Notes under the pieces: model-generated
What the model saw: the letters and a program-made list of their open reading frames with translations, nothing else
Told to the model about the DNA's origin: nothing
Databases searched by the model: none
NCBI RefSeq assembly: GCF_040938485.1
Contig: NW_027271844.1
Location: 434,001 to 498,000 of the forward strand
Direction: 5' to 3'
DNA length: 64,000 nt
Source: Diadema antillarum
Taxonomy: Eukaryota
Translations under genes and position numbers: made by a program
Shown here: piece by piece, positions 27,301 to 38,900 of the stretch
Numbering within the stretch: position 1 is the first letter of the stretch
Layout of the letters: each line of letters starts with the position of its first letter

Positions 27301-30300
27301 AACTCAATTTTCTCTATCCTTTTTAAAGTTTTCAATTTTATATTCTATTGAGAAATTCTATGGTCATCCATTTTACATTTCGAACGAAAAAAATTGACCC
27401 GTAAATAACGAAAATACAGGAATAAGAAGGAGAGCATTGCCAGTTTGCCGGTGCTATTTGGCAGTGAGTTACAACGGGGAGGTGAGACTACTCCCTGGTT
27501 ATTACAATCAGCCTGCTGACTGGATCGTTGAGAAAGCAGCTGTCGTATTACGTAAGAGCATGATAAGGATATCTGCCTGTGGCAGACCATTCAAAGTGAA
27601 CTCAATTTTCTCTATCCTTTCTAAAGTTTTCAATTTTATATTCTATTGAGAAATTCTATGGTCATCCATTTTACATTTCGAACGAAAAAAATTGACCCGT
27701 AAATAACGAAAATACAGGAATAAGAAGGAGAGCATTGCCAGTTTGCCGGTGCTGACAATGTGCTATTTGGCAGTGAGTTACAACGGGGAGGTGAGACTAC
27801 CTCCCTGGTTACAATCAGCCTGCTGACTGGATCATTGAGAAAGAGAGAGAGAGGGAGAGAGAGAGAGGGGGAGAGCGAGAGGGAGAGAGGGAGGGAGAGG
27901 GGGGAGAGATGGGGGAGGGAGAAGGGGAGAGCAAAATGGAATGACAATAGTTCCGGTCACTACAGTACAGGCATGCTCTGTCTGCATACGCTGAATGTCT
28001 ACACTCACACACACACACGTACACACACACACACGCACCATGGAGCTACATGGCCCATGCCAAAACCAAAACAATCTCCTCCTCTCGCGGTGCCCCCCCC
28101 CCCCTCCTGTGGCGCTGTGGCGATGACTGATGCTTAGATTAGGCCAGGGTCAAGAAACAGGTGTTTTATATCTTTGACTTTAAGTCATTGATTGCCAAGA
28201 TATGCACTGGCATTATTTACTGGGGTGTAGCCTCTTCAAACGAGAGATTTGCGTCATGTGAAGTATGTGCTAAACTGGAGCTGCCTCACAGATAGGAAGA
28301 CAATGTGGCATTGCATCATGGCTCGTCACTCTCAATGGAAGATATGTCTTTATGATGGTAATTGCTTTTCGCCGTCCCTTCTTAGAAAACAAGCGGCACA
28401 TTAATAGTACAGGGCTTTGGAAAGGGCTTTGGAAAGGGCTTTGGGAAGCCGTTTAAACAGGGGAAAGTTGATAAACGCAGCCATAGAGGTCAAGGTGAGT
28501 TCGTGGGAAATTACCGGTTTGTTTACTTCCTGAAAACATTTTGAAGGCGAGTTCGTGGGAAATTACCGGTTTGTTTAATCCCTGAAAACGTTTTGAAGAC
28601 GTTGCATGCGTTGCGTACAGATGGTGCAAAATAGCTCGTATAGCTTTCGTTGCGTTGTAAGAGAGAGCAAGACGTCATATATGTGGCAGTGTTGTCAGCT
28701 GCATCGGTGTGGTCTGATTCTAGCTATATCAGTCAACTTACTGGACAAGTAAGCGTTGTATGCACAAGTGAAATGATCGATAGGGGAGCCCGCATGCTGC
28801 CGACGATAGTATCAATTGTAATATAGACACATGTATATCCTAATGACGAGTTGATTATGAACACGAGCATACAACATTTATACAATGACTACCGGGAAAT
28901 TTCTTACAGGATTATCTAAACGTAGAACTTATCATTTATCTTGCCCTGCCATAATAGCATACTACGGTAGTTCATCGTTATTCGTTCTTTCTTGGTGGCT
29001 CTTCAAAGAGTCTTTGGTTTACCAAGGGGGAAGTTTGGGCAGATGATGGTATCAATAAGCAAATACAGATGAAAGTGCATGTCGGGATGACTAGTTGATG
29101 AGGAGCAAAAGCCTACAACATTTTCATCCGACGCGTGCCGCAACGTATAAACCATTTCGATATGTGGTGCAATGATATAGCGATGTCAAGGTTGAGCCAA
29201 ACACTGCGCGATATTGAGAGGATGTCATTGTAATTGATTGTTTGCCTATGTAAAACGCTGTGCAATATGCTCGTAATTAGGTCTTGAGCTCACCAAGAAA
29301 TAAAGGATATCATATCGTGTCAGGCGCGTGCCGCTGACTTTAGAATAGAGAGCAATAAGTGAACTTTGGGCCATTTTTTTTTTTTTTTTTTGCTAGGTCA
29401 ACCACTGGCTACGATTCGATGGGGAATTGAGAGTCACTTCGAGGGCGGGTATTTTCTTTCTCTCTGCATGTGCGCGTAGTGTGTGTGTGGCAACATTGTA
29501 ACTTCTAGGTATAACAGAACAAGTATTTCAAAGCGTACAATTAATAATCATATTAAAAAACCTAACGTTTGATCCGAATTTAGTAACTCTCGCTGATGAT
29601 AAAACGAATATTCCATTGGATGACGAAAACGCATTGAAGTCTCAGCGACCAATAATAATCTAATACTATAGACTCAACCTTACGTACTGGTCTATCATTT
29701 TAACGTTGTATCACACGAACCAATGTCACCGGTCTCCTGGGTGTCGATGTAGAATAGTTTCAAAAAGATGATATTCGCCCTGTAACGACGTTTTAGATTG
29801 CTGTCAACGCGCCTTTACAAGTCCAATTTATTTTTTTTTTACAGGAACTGGGGCGTATAATAGAAACATGTTGTAAGAATCGGTCTAATGAGAGTTGCCA
29901 AGACGGCGGAAAAACTGAAAAACCTGTTGCAATCATGATCATTGTAAAATCACAAGTTCATGTCACAGAGGTTGTTTATAAAACAATTTGAGCGGAATAT
30001 TTGAATACTGAATTTACTCACGAGGCGTATGTTTTGTAACGTATATATAGCTATGTATACCATTATGATGGCGCCATGATTTTTTGCACAAGTTAAACAT
30101 GAAGAAAAAGTTTACATGAGATGGCCGGAAGCCTCTTGTTACATGATTGTGTATGCCTTGTTTTCAATCGGCGGCAGATTCAATATACAGTATATGCATG
30201 AGAGCCATTTTGTGGCATGCAGAGTTCGTGATTATACGGGTGCACGTCACGAGACCGACACCCACGAGTCATACAGCCCACAAGTCATACAGCTCACAAG

Positions 30301-31811
30301 TCATACAGCCCACGAGTCACACAGCTCGCAAGTCATACAGCCCACTAGTTATACAGCCCACGAGTTCGACATCAAGCAAAATAAGCCCACGAGTTATACT
30401 GTTATACAGCCCATGAGTTCGACACTACACACAAAAGGCTCACGAGACCGACACTATGCAAACAAAGCCCACGAGACCGACACTACGCTTAAAAGGTCCA
30501 CGAGACCGACACTAGGCAAACAAAGCTCACGAGATCGACACTAGGCAAAAGAGGCTCACGAGACCGACACTAGGCAAAGAAGGCCCACGAGACCGGCAGG
30601 ATGAACAGCGCCATCTACATGTCAATTACCTGTACAGGGTGTTCCATGAAGGGGAAAATTACACAGGCCCTAATGGTGGGTGTAATTTCGTCACGCTATC
30701 GAGCAAGAGATTGTAACTAATTGAACAGCACCATAGTTTCACTTTAGTGAAGTTTGGAAAAATTAAAAAGTCCGCTCAAAAGTCATGCATTTCTAAAGTT
30801 TTTGTGCTTCCATCGCTACATGACAAGACTAACAACAGTTCGCGACTTTACTGTGTGCAGAATAATGATAAACAAAATCAACAAAATGTATTCTTAATGA
30901 AATGAACACATTTTCTCTAATTGTTACTGATATATCAGGTTAAGGATAATATCATTCTTTCCACTGTATGAAAGAGGAAAGTGAAATGTTCTTACATTGT
31001 GTCACAAAAATGAAAAGGTTGAATTCTCTTCATATTTTTACTATGTTTTTCACATTGTACTTCATGTAAGTATCTTTTTCATATTTACAACACTCATCGT
31101 TTCCAAGTAAAATATTATTAATAGGCGCATGTTCTTTCTGAGAATATGCCGTCTAGCCATAATTGGAATCTTAATTCTTTTATAATGGATGTTGGAATGC
31201 TAATACACATCTAGACTTTCTTGCGTTGTCTTAAAAAAAGGGGGGGGGAAGTTGCATGGAATTTGAATATCCTATAAATTCGTTGTAGTTGACTTGTAGA
31301 GTTCTTCATGAATCCAAATACATAAAGGCCTATTTAATATGGCGTCACCTCTTTAAAGGAGNNNNNNNNNNNNNNNNNNNNNNNNNNNNNNNNNNNNNNN
31401 NNNNNNNNNNNNNNNNNNNNNNNNNNNNNNNNNNNNNNNNNNNNNNNNNNNNNNNNNNNNNNNNNNNNNNNNNNNNNNNNNNNNNNNNNNNNNNNNNNNN
31501 NNNNNTAAGCTCAGGTTGTAAACTACTCATGGTGCAGTCGTCACTTCTATAGAAAAAAGAGATCAATGGGCAAGGATTATGCGAAAGTCAAAACTAAGGA
31601 AACGTAAACCAAGCTTGTCTGGAGATAACTCACTTTTCTTTTCACCAATAAGCGGATCGGTCTCTCTCCCAGTCACATCGGAATGCAGCGACTCTTTCGA
31701 TGACTTTCTGAGGCCCATCGTGTTCGACATCGAAGGATATCTCGAAGGCACTGATGTCGAGGACGACGTCAGGGAGTCAGCCGAAGTCAAAGTTTCGTAG
31801 TTCTTCACCAT
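2967..31811 (-). CDS. SLC17A5-like: Sialin-like SLC17 family MFS anion transporter, 10 coding exons, 1689 nt / 562 aa
   Basis: Exons on minus strand: 31811-31610, 11582-11371, 11110-10874, 10497-10410, 8950-8855, 7551-7427, 6780-6625, 5978-5846, 4409-4168, 3164-2967. All junctions are GT-AG and phases add up. SLC17 motifs: [69 protein letters not shown]. Orthology within SLC17 not determined; the link of the first exon is less certain than the rest. Confidence 0.92.
4168..4409 (-). CDS. SLC17 exon 9
   Basis: TATCTGACAG acceptor, [13 protein letters not shown]...[44 protein letters not shown] donor. Confidence 0.94.
4864..5220. mobile_element. Hairpin MITE, Kolobok/T2-type (TTAA TSD, AGG...CCT ends)
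   Basis: TTAA|AGGGGATGGCTAGTAAC...GTTACTAGCCATCCCCT|TTAA; almost entirely self-complementary. Confidence 0.88.
5846..5978 (-). CDS. SLC17 exon 8
   Basis: TCTGCACAG acceptor, [50 protein letters not shown] donor. Confidence 0.93.
6245..6455. mobile_element. ~210-bp MITE with internal telomere-like CCCTAA hexamers (family copies at ~50330-50562 and 52331-52550)
   Basis: TIR GACATTTGCT(A/C)CTG(A/C)GACAATT ... AATTGTCGCAGGAGCAAATGTC; internal CCCTAATCCTAA-like runs shared by all three copies. Confidence 0.72.
6625..6780 (-). CDS. SLC17 exon 7
   Basis: TTTTGGTTAG acceptor, [18 protein letters not shown]...[22 protein letters not shown] donor. Confidence 0.93.
7427..7551 (-). CDS. SLC17 exon 6
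   Basis: CACTGCAG acceptor, [48 protein letters not shown] donor. Confidence 0.9.
8590..8800. repeat. Hairpin copy of the CATACAGCCC subrepeat family
   Basis: CATACAGCCCATGAGTTCGACA forward and GTGTCGAACTCATGGGCTGTATG reverse. Confidence 0.65.
8855..8950 (-). CDS. SLC17 exon 5
   Basis: TTTGTACCAG acceptor, [38 protein letters not shown] donor. Confidence 0.93.
9217..10284. mobile_element. PIF/Harbinger-like MITE with two left ends
   Basis: TIR GGCC(G/C)TGTCACACCTTTCC at 9217 and again at 9374; right TIR GGAAAGGTGTGACACGGCC ends at 10284. The inner element 9374-10284 has a TTA/TTA TSD. Internal inverted repeats. Confidence 0.78.
10410..10497 (-). CDS. SLC17 exon 4
   Basis: TTTTCTGCAG acceptor, [35 protein letters not shown] donor. 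Confidence 0.93.
10874..11110 (-). CDS. SLC17 exon 3
   Basis: CTCTATAG acceptor, [38 protein letters not shown]...FSGFGE, GTTGAG donor. Confidence 0.95.
11371..11582 (-). CDS. SLC17 exon 2 (TM1 and glycosylated luminal loop)
   Basis: TTCTTTGCAG acceptor, [39 protein letters not shown]...TTE, GTAAGA donor. Confidence 0.93.
11912..12222 (+). mobile_element. tRNA-derived SINE
   Basis: Pol III A box TGGCTCAGTCGG (11923-11934), B box GGTTCGATACC (11964-11974), (CAAA)n tail, flanking AACGCA duplication (11906-11911 and 12223-12228). Confidence 0.8.
12250..14544 (+). mobile_element. Degenerate non-LTR retrotransposon (Ingi/Vingi-like APE-RT) relic
   Basis: Frameshifted remnants: [10 protein letters not shown] (endonuclease), SYRSISL...FKLFE...[10 protein letters not shown] (RT), [14 protein letters not shown]-terminal CDC...HIVHNC knuckle, 3' end CATACGGCCGAAGAAG. 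Clade assigned from recalled motif similarity. Confidence 0.78.
14901..26231. mobile_element. 11.3-kb palindromic non-autonomous element with Polinton/Maverick-like termini
   Basis: Starts AGTAGTATATATATGTACCC, ends GGGTACATATATATACTACT; flanks CACATG (14895-14900) and CATATG (26232-26237). Arms 14901-20595 and 20620-26231 are reverse complements with scattered substitutions and indels. No credible ORF. The palindrome is directly visible; the Polinton class is inferred from the ends and the TSD. Confidence 0.8.
26559..27005. mobile_element. Probable Harbinger-like MITE with GAAAGCC/GGAAAC subrepeats; its right end is repeated at ~28410-28482
   Basis: Left CGTTTATCAATT, right GGGAAAGTTGATAAACGCAGCC; the same right end recurs at 28450-28482. 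Confidence 0.5.
27238..27843. repeat. Tandem duplication, two ~298-bp near-identical units
   Basis: GCAGCTGTCGTATTACG starts at 27238 and 27536; copy 2 carries an extra GACAATGTGCT. Confidence 0.92.
28497..28600. repeat. Two-unit ~52-bp tandem repeat
   Basis: GAGTTCGTGGGAAATTACCGGTTTGTTTA...CCTGAAAAC.TTTTGAAG twice. Confidence 0.85.
30240..30600. repeat. Short-period subrepeat array (CACGAGTCATACAGCC / CACGAGACCGACACT), interspersed family shared with 8590-8800
   Basis: Tandem 15-35-bp units; the same units, including TGCACGTCACGA, occur in both orientations at 8590-8800. Confidence 0.72.
31362..31505. other. Assembly gap (N run)
   Basis: Ns; preceded by TTAA|AGGAG and followed by TAA, so it may hide a Kolobok-type MITE. 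Confidence 0.99.
31610..31811 (-). CDS. SLC17 gene probable first coding exon (Ser-rich cytosolic N-tail with ETDPLI dileucine-type motif)
   Basis: MVKNYET...[20 protein letters not shown] then G|GTTTAC donor in phase 1, matching the phase-1 acceptor at 11582. ETDPLI fits [DE]xxxL[LI], like sialin DRTPLL. An acceptor (CTCATAACAG) just before the ATG implies a further 5' UTR exon. Confidence 0.72.
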
Positions 31812-33736
31812 TTTTCTGTTATGAGATATAAGCTATACGTCATATCCAAAATAAAGAATGTGCACATGTAAGGTCACATCCAACGCACACGCTTTATTCC
31901 AGAGATAATCATGGTTAAATTGGATGGTAGTTTCATATATCCATGACACAGAGGCGTGGAAATGTGACGTCAGGACCCTCATGAACTTGCAGCGTAGTTG
32001 AAGTATTGGTTGCCGTCGTATTTATACATGCCTGAAGGTATGAGGCCAGATGGTGTGCATGATCATAAATATACAATATACCATCGTCTGCGAGCGGTGT
32101 TTAAAGTGTACCTTGTAAACCTAGATAAGGGTCAACATTTGTGACCTTCGTTCCTGGCTCACAAGTGTGATTCGATTTGGAGTTTGATAAAAGATAATCA
32201 GATAGGGCGAAGAAGATGATACGTATGAAGAACGTATAAATGTGAGAGGATACGAAGAGGAGATAAGGCAATGATAGAAAGATGTCAGTTTCATTGTCAT
32301 TACCTTGTTGACCTCTCAAGGTTCTCTGATAAAGAGACTGTATAAACATAAGATATTCAGGTGAATAGAAACGACGTTGAGCTCTGGAGTGAGTTAACAA
32401 ATTCCAGGTTTTCCTCATAGAACAAATTCATTTCAATGTTAATGATGGTCAACAGACAGCACTACAGATTCAAACACTTCACCGAATGCTAAGTACTTTA
32501 ACAGAAGTACGCAAAATGCATGCCAGTAAAAAAAAACAGAGACAAATTTCCGTAATCAGTTTTATTGTTGTTGTCGACAGATGTATTGAAATGAAACGAA
32601 GAAACGCATGCCAGTTATCATTTACACTGTTGAATTCTTAATTGTTACCAGAAATAATTCAATATGCTTTCTTTTGTTTCATTTCAATAAATCTGTCGAC
32701 AACAATAAAATAAACGTTTTATGTAAATTGACAAGTGAAATACGTGCAATGTTAAGGAAAACTCTTTTCCCTTTTATAATGACAATGAAAACAGCTAATG
32801 CCACATCTAATTCTTTAAACTCATACTTCACAAATATTGGACCTCAACTGGCTTCAAAAATAAAAGATTTTTATGTCATTCAAAAATTGAATTTCTGCCA
32901 CTAATATTCTTGAAACATTCTTTAATACTGTAAACTCTGAAATAGACAAAAATCTATCAATGATTGATATACAATAAATATTGTACCTGATCGTCTCTAG
33001 AAGAAATATGTTTTAAACATATTATTTGAATAATGATGATAATAAAAATACTAGTTAAAAATGCTTCCTCTCATTGAACCCAGAATTTCTAACTTTATAC
33101 AGCTTTATTTGGAATAATTTTATTCACAATGCCCACAAGCTTGTCTCATTATCGATGAATTTTATATCGAAGGAAATTCGTGTTACAGCATGCTCGTATA
33201 ACTAAGTCAAAACCTACTTTATATTACATACTTCGAATATGCTGTGAATAAATAATGCAAGATGATAAGAGTATCTAGAATGATATTTACTCACGCATGT
33301 TCAAACGTGTCAAATGTGCAATGTATAGTGCAATAAACATTTTGGTTTACACTAACATCTCTGTAATTGTACATAAAATTGTCTATCGAACAGAACAAAT
33401 TATTGCCAGCTCAGCGCTTATCTATCCAATAAGATGGATACAATTCCATTTGTTGTTGTTTTGTGAGAGATAAGATGCGCAGCCTTTGGACTTCGAACGT
33501 ACCTCCATTCGTGTTGTGTCTGTGTGGTGAACTCTGGTTTATGTCCCACTTCAATGTATAGGGAGCTGTATCCAGTGCCACGTAGGAATAACCAGAGTAC
33601 TCCGGTGACAACATAATATCATCTTTAACAGATACGTCGCGTGAAACTTTAGAATGGTGTCATGCCTATCCTACACTAGGCCATATGATATATGTGTGGT
33701 TGAGGTACATATACATTATTCAGATTTCGAGCCATC

Positions 33737-33797
33737 ATGACTATGAGTCGGAAGTGTACGATATTTACGTTGCTCAGCTATTGCGCACTTTTACAAG
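33737..33797 (+). CDS. Ig-TM-GTPase gene exon 1 (signal peptide)
   Basis: MTMSRKCTIFTLLSYCALLQ, G|GTGAGT consensus donor, phase 1. Confidence 0.8.
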
Positions 33798-34719
33798 GTG
33801 AGTGGATTTCCACACTCTCTTCCTTTCTCTTTTATCCCTTACCGCTAGCAGATATTATGCGAGTAAGTAAATAATTATATATTATATATACAGTGCGAGA
33901 AGAAGATCATTCATGGACGTAGTTAGTGATCAACGTGTGTGTTTATTGCCGAGCTTTCGGTCTCGTTCGGACCTTCATCAGGGCTGTAATGATACAAAAA
34001 TGACTCACTCGTATGGCTACACTCGTAACAATATAAATCTAACTAGCGTGAGTCTATAATGACTATGTCATCAATGAATCCGTAATCATATAACAGAATA
34101 CAATAATAATATACATAATCAATTTCATATTATTGAATACATTTCATATGAAGGTCCGAACGAGACCGAAAGCTCGGCAATAAACACACACGTTGATCAC
34201 TAGCTACGTCCACGAATGCTCTTCTTCTCGCACTGAATATAAATAATGAAAGAGCTACACTGGTGCTGTAAATGGNNNNNNNNNNNNNNNNNNNNNNNNN
34301 NNNNNNNNNNNNNNNNNNNNNNNNNNNNNNNNNNNNNNNNNNNNNNNNNNNNNNNNNNNNNNNNNNNNNNNNNNNNNNNNNNNNNNNNNNNNNNNNNNNN
34401 NNNNNNNNNNNNNNNNNNNNNNNNNNNNNNNNNNNNNNNCTTAGTCTTATTTATAATGCATTTTATAACGTGCTATAATGCCCCTCCTCGGCAAACATAG
34501 CCACACAGTATCACATAAAACGCCTCGCTTTACAAGCATTGTAAATGCAAGTTCCACCTCGCGTGAATTTGTATATGGGAGAAGAGAACTATGTATTCCC
34601 TACCAATGAATTTATGACGAGAATCACTAAAGCTGCAAAAAATATATAGATGCTGTAGAATATGCATACATTCACGTAAATGTATAGACATATACTGAGT
34701 ATGTGTATCATATACATGT

Positions 34720-34751
<32 letters not shown>

Positions 34752-35924
34752 GTATATGTATATGTAGAGAGAAGGAGAGATAGATAGACAGACAGACAAA
34801 CAATCAAATAAAGAGAGAAAAATACTCAGTTAAGTTTTACTGAGCTCAAGTACTTCCAGGTCTTAGGTTTACTTAATTCAGATAGATCTTGTCTTTCGTT
34901 TCTTTCCTTTTCTTGCACACAAAGCGTAGATCTTGTGGATATTACTAGAAAAGAGATTGACTACTATTTTGTCATCTCTGTCTTCAATGAATGATGATTG
35001 AATGAGAGAAGATTGCATCATGAAAATTTAGGGGGTTTTGTTTTTTGTTTGTTTGTTTGTTTTGGTTTTGGTGTTTGTTTGTTTGTTTTTTGTCGGGGGA
35101 GGGGCCACTGGTGATGCAACAATATTTCCTCTCGAACAAAAAGTACTAATTGTTATATACTCTTGCAGGGGCACTCATAGGACCAGTCATCGAGCAGTGC
35201 GGGGACTCCCCGCTTCCCCCCTCTGCCATGTCTGCGGTCTGCTCTCTCAAAGCGTCGCGACGAAAACCCAAGGTGGATCTAGATTGTCGCCTAAGCGGAT
35301 TCACGGGGAATGCTTCCCTAATTTGGAGTTCATCCGAGAAACCCAAGATACCGAGTCATCGACACAAGGATCAGCTCCCCGATGGCTCCCCCGTGCTCGT
35401 AGCTACTATAAGCGTGGACGCCAAAGAAGAATTCGAACAGACATTCACGTGCTTCGCAGACGGTGACGAAATTGCGGGATACCCTTCCGCGACAGTGACG
35501 ATCCTTGCGATGAAAGGTGCGTAATCAATCCGATGAAGTGTCTTCGAGCTAAGCTACATACCCAATGCATAAACTGATGAGCAATTTGTTTTAGTGTTGC
35601 GTTATAGGATCTGCTCATATGAAGTTAAGAAAACGTCAAAGAGTCCCAGAACAAACCTCGCAAAGTTTAAAGGACTCAGTTGTTTAAGAGTCGAAAAGCT
35701 GCTACGGTTTATCCCTGTTGTTTTACGTTTGCAAATAAGAGAGATCCCATTGACCTAGCATACAAGTGCTTACTGTATTCTGTTTTTTCCCCTATTGAAA
35801 TAAAACATGTTCTTTTAAGACTGTAAACCTTGCATTGCAGCCAGTATCATTATTCACGTCACCATGGTCACGTTGGGTTATGTCACGTCACGTAATATTA
35901 TGGCGCCTCCCCTACTCCTCTTCC

Positions 35925-35977
<53 letters not shown>

Positions 35978-38900
35978 CACAGCAAAGACACTGATGCAAT
36001 AAACAGATACTCATGAATATATTATGCCATGGTAGATAAAGATTCGAAACATAAGGCAAAAAGGGCAATCTATTGGGTTTTCTTTTTCATTCCAATATCA
36101 CTGGTTTTTGCATTTGTTTTTAGCGCTTCGTTAAAACATGTACCTTTAGGAGTACTTTTATTCTCTCTCTCTCTCGCTCTGCCCATTCTTTGGCTTCATT
36201 AATGGGTCACAGATATCTATTTTATCCTGGATATTCGTACAATTTTTTTTCCTTCTTCTCGAACTGTGCAGATTTTCTTCCTTAACCAACTGAAATGTTG
36301 TATGTGACTTTTATAGTGTGTTTTGATGGCTGTTGAAGTTGTTGGCTTTTCGATAACCTTTTTTTTTTTCAATTTATCTATTAACTCTTCAGAGGGAAAA
36401 TAGTCGAAGTTAACCAGGGCCCCATTTCATAAATGTTGATATGATGGCATCTCTTGCCTATAGCAACAGCCAATCAGGAAGCTGGATTCTTGTCATTACC
36501 ATGGTAATTGCCATTCCAGCAAAAGTTGCTACCATAATCAACTTTTGTTAATGATATGTCGTCCAGGAGGACTAATGTTTGAATATCTCTGATGATGGTG
36601 TGTTCTGCTTATGCACAAGGCAGTGAAAGATATCATTTATGAGATATCCATAATGAAATAAGCCATATAGATAAAGTCCTACAGAAGCTACAAATTCTCC
36701 GCAAGAGTATAATGGAGCTTTGCAGATCTAAAGCCCTAGAAAAGCTACGAATTCTCATCCTGTCTGTATGAAGAGACATAACATTCAGGAAAATATTTCT
36801 TTTTTTTTTAATCTAAGAAGACTGACCAGTTATCAGGAGGTCGTAGGTTCGTTTCCTGCTCGAGTATGTGCGCCCATGATTTCTTTTGTCATGCCTATTA
36901 CTAAAACACTGATCAATTTCGGTTCTTACTGGCGTCGATGTAAAGCAACTTGTCAATCAGTTGCAATAAGAACTGGACTGAAGAATTTCATCAATTTGGA
37001 TATTTACATAAATTACGTAATTTAATGTCCAATATAACTACTGATGCAACAAATGTTTATTGTTTGTCGGTTCGTTTGAAGCTGGTCTATCGACGGGTGT
37101 AAGGGTCTTCATTGCTTTGCTCGCCGTCATCATAGTCGTCGCCATCTCGATGGTCGTCACGCTGGTAGTGCTTAGAATTCGCAGCAAGATTCGCCGACCA
37201 CGAGCCCGGAGTCACGAAGCCATACCGCTGGGTGAGTTGCACGGGGGAGGATGTACTACATTCACCAATGACATAATTATTATCAGTTTTATAAAAATGA
37301 ATATCGCACTTCCCTCCCTCCATTAGAGATACGTACATTGCATGGATCACATGAGAGATAGATTAAACATCTCCAACGTTATTTAAGTTGTTTATAATCA
37401 TAATCTCTACTATATTGTGCCTGTTAAAAATTTATCGGAGTGTATTTCTAAGATACATACAAAAGATGTATATTGGACTATGAAGTATAACTATAACATA
37501 AGAGAAATCTGAAAGTGAAACAATCATTTACGTCAGGAAATAAAATGTCGATCTTACCTGGCATTAGAGAGTTAAAATTAACCCCAAATAAAGGAATGAA
37601 GTGCAGGTCCTCATTATAATTTTGCCATGATTCTTATTTGTTGGAAGGTAGGCCTAAGGATCAGTTTATTCAATTCATTGATAAAGATCGGTCCCTTTAT
37701 TGATGCTAGAGGAATTTCTATACATTTCTTCGGAAAGGTACTATTTTATAGAATGAGCATTAGCAAAGACTAGCAGTTTCTCCTCATTTGTTGGACTAGA
37801 AATGCTGATTCTACCCTAACAGACTCTTTCTGATTTTCTTCTAAAGTTGGTTTTGATCAAAGGCGACAGTCACTTAGAAAAGAAATGCAGGAGTACGACG
37901 GTGGCAACGTCAACATCAAGATTTACGGTCGACGAGGTTCCGGGAAATCGGCATTGATTAACTCGATGAACTTCGCGTTATCAGGTATTAGTGTGCCATT
38001 TGAATTACCTATCTTAGCGCCTAGCTAGATACTAAGCCTTATTGCCACTGCTGTCAATGTGAGCACTTAACTATTTACAAGAATTTCATTCATCCGAGAG
38101 TGAAATGTAAATTTCTTTTTCATTTCATATGAAGGTAGCATTCAATTCCCAGATAGTACGCGAGCTTAACGAAACTTGAATAGGCCAATGAAATAACACG
38201 ACTGCATCATTAGTTGCACAAAAAATTACCTTCATTTATGGGATTTCGCGGGAAATTATAAAGTGTGATTGATAATAGCAGATACATTTGCCCATGAATT
38301 TATTAGAACAAAATATCCTGGGGAAAAGAATAATCGATTGAATTGTTTTGATCACAGCAAGCTCGGAGCATTGTTTGAATCAAGATAATCATATTCAACA
38401 TATAACAGATAGTTTCTGAAATCAATTTAGACGTTCGTTTCCCCCATGAAGATTTTATCTGCACTGTTCATGCTGTTACCGAAGTTATCCCTGATATTGA
38501 TTTCAATACCACTGAGAAATCTTGTATTTTTCTACATTGACATGTTTGAATATGTTGTCTTGTGCAATTTCTTTTGTGCTGTTATGTCAGTTAATCAAAT
38601 GTGATTGAACGCAAAGTCAAATGTATAATTCTGAGTTGTTTACTATGTCTTCATTGCGTTAATTTCCCATTGCACTTCTAAAAACTGCAGAAAACAAATC
38701 GAACCAAAACAATCAAATCAAGGATGAGTCTTGATTATAATGCGACTGTCTTCATCGTCATTTAAACGCGTTTTCCACACTTCAGGGAAAATATTTTCGT
38801 ATCGTCAAGGTACCTTGGTGAGCATAATTTACACCCACTTGTCAAATCTAACCATTCAGTCACTAATGTATTAAGCAAGGTTTCGTTGCAAGTATTTGTC

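Noticed and set aside
30240-30600. CRISPR-like repeat-spacer appearance here, at 28497-28600 and in the TGGAGC blocks
   Set aside because: Eukaryotic context, variable degenerate units, no unique spacers of constant length, no cas genes; these are TE subrepeats or minisatellites.
33411-33614. 67-aa minus-strand ORF between the two divergent genes
   Set aside because: No domain similarity or convincing splice sites; more likely promoter or UTR sequence.
38786-38809. Possible 24-nt in-frame micro-exon (GKIFSYRQ) with AG/GT flanks in intron 4 of the Ig-GTPase gene
   Set aside because: Phase-compatible but not needed for the frame, weak donor (GTACCT), no independent support; only RNA-seq could confirm it.
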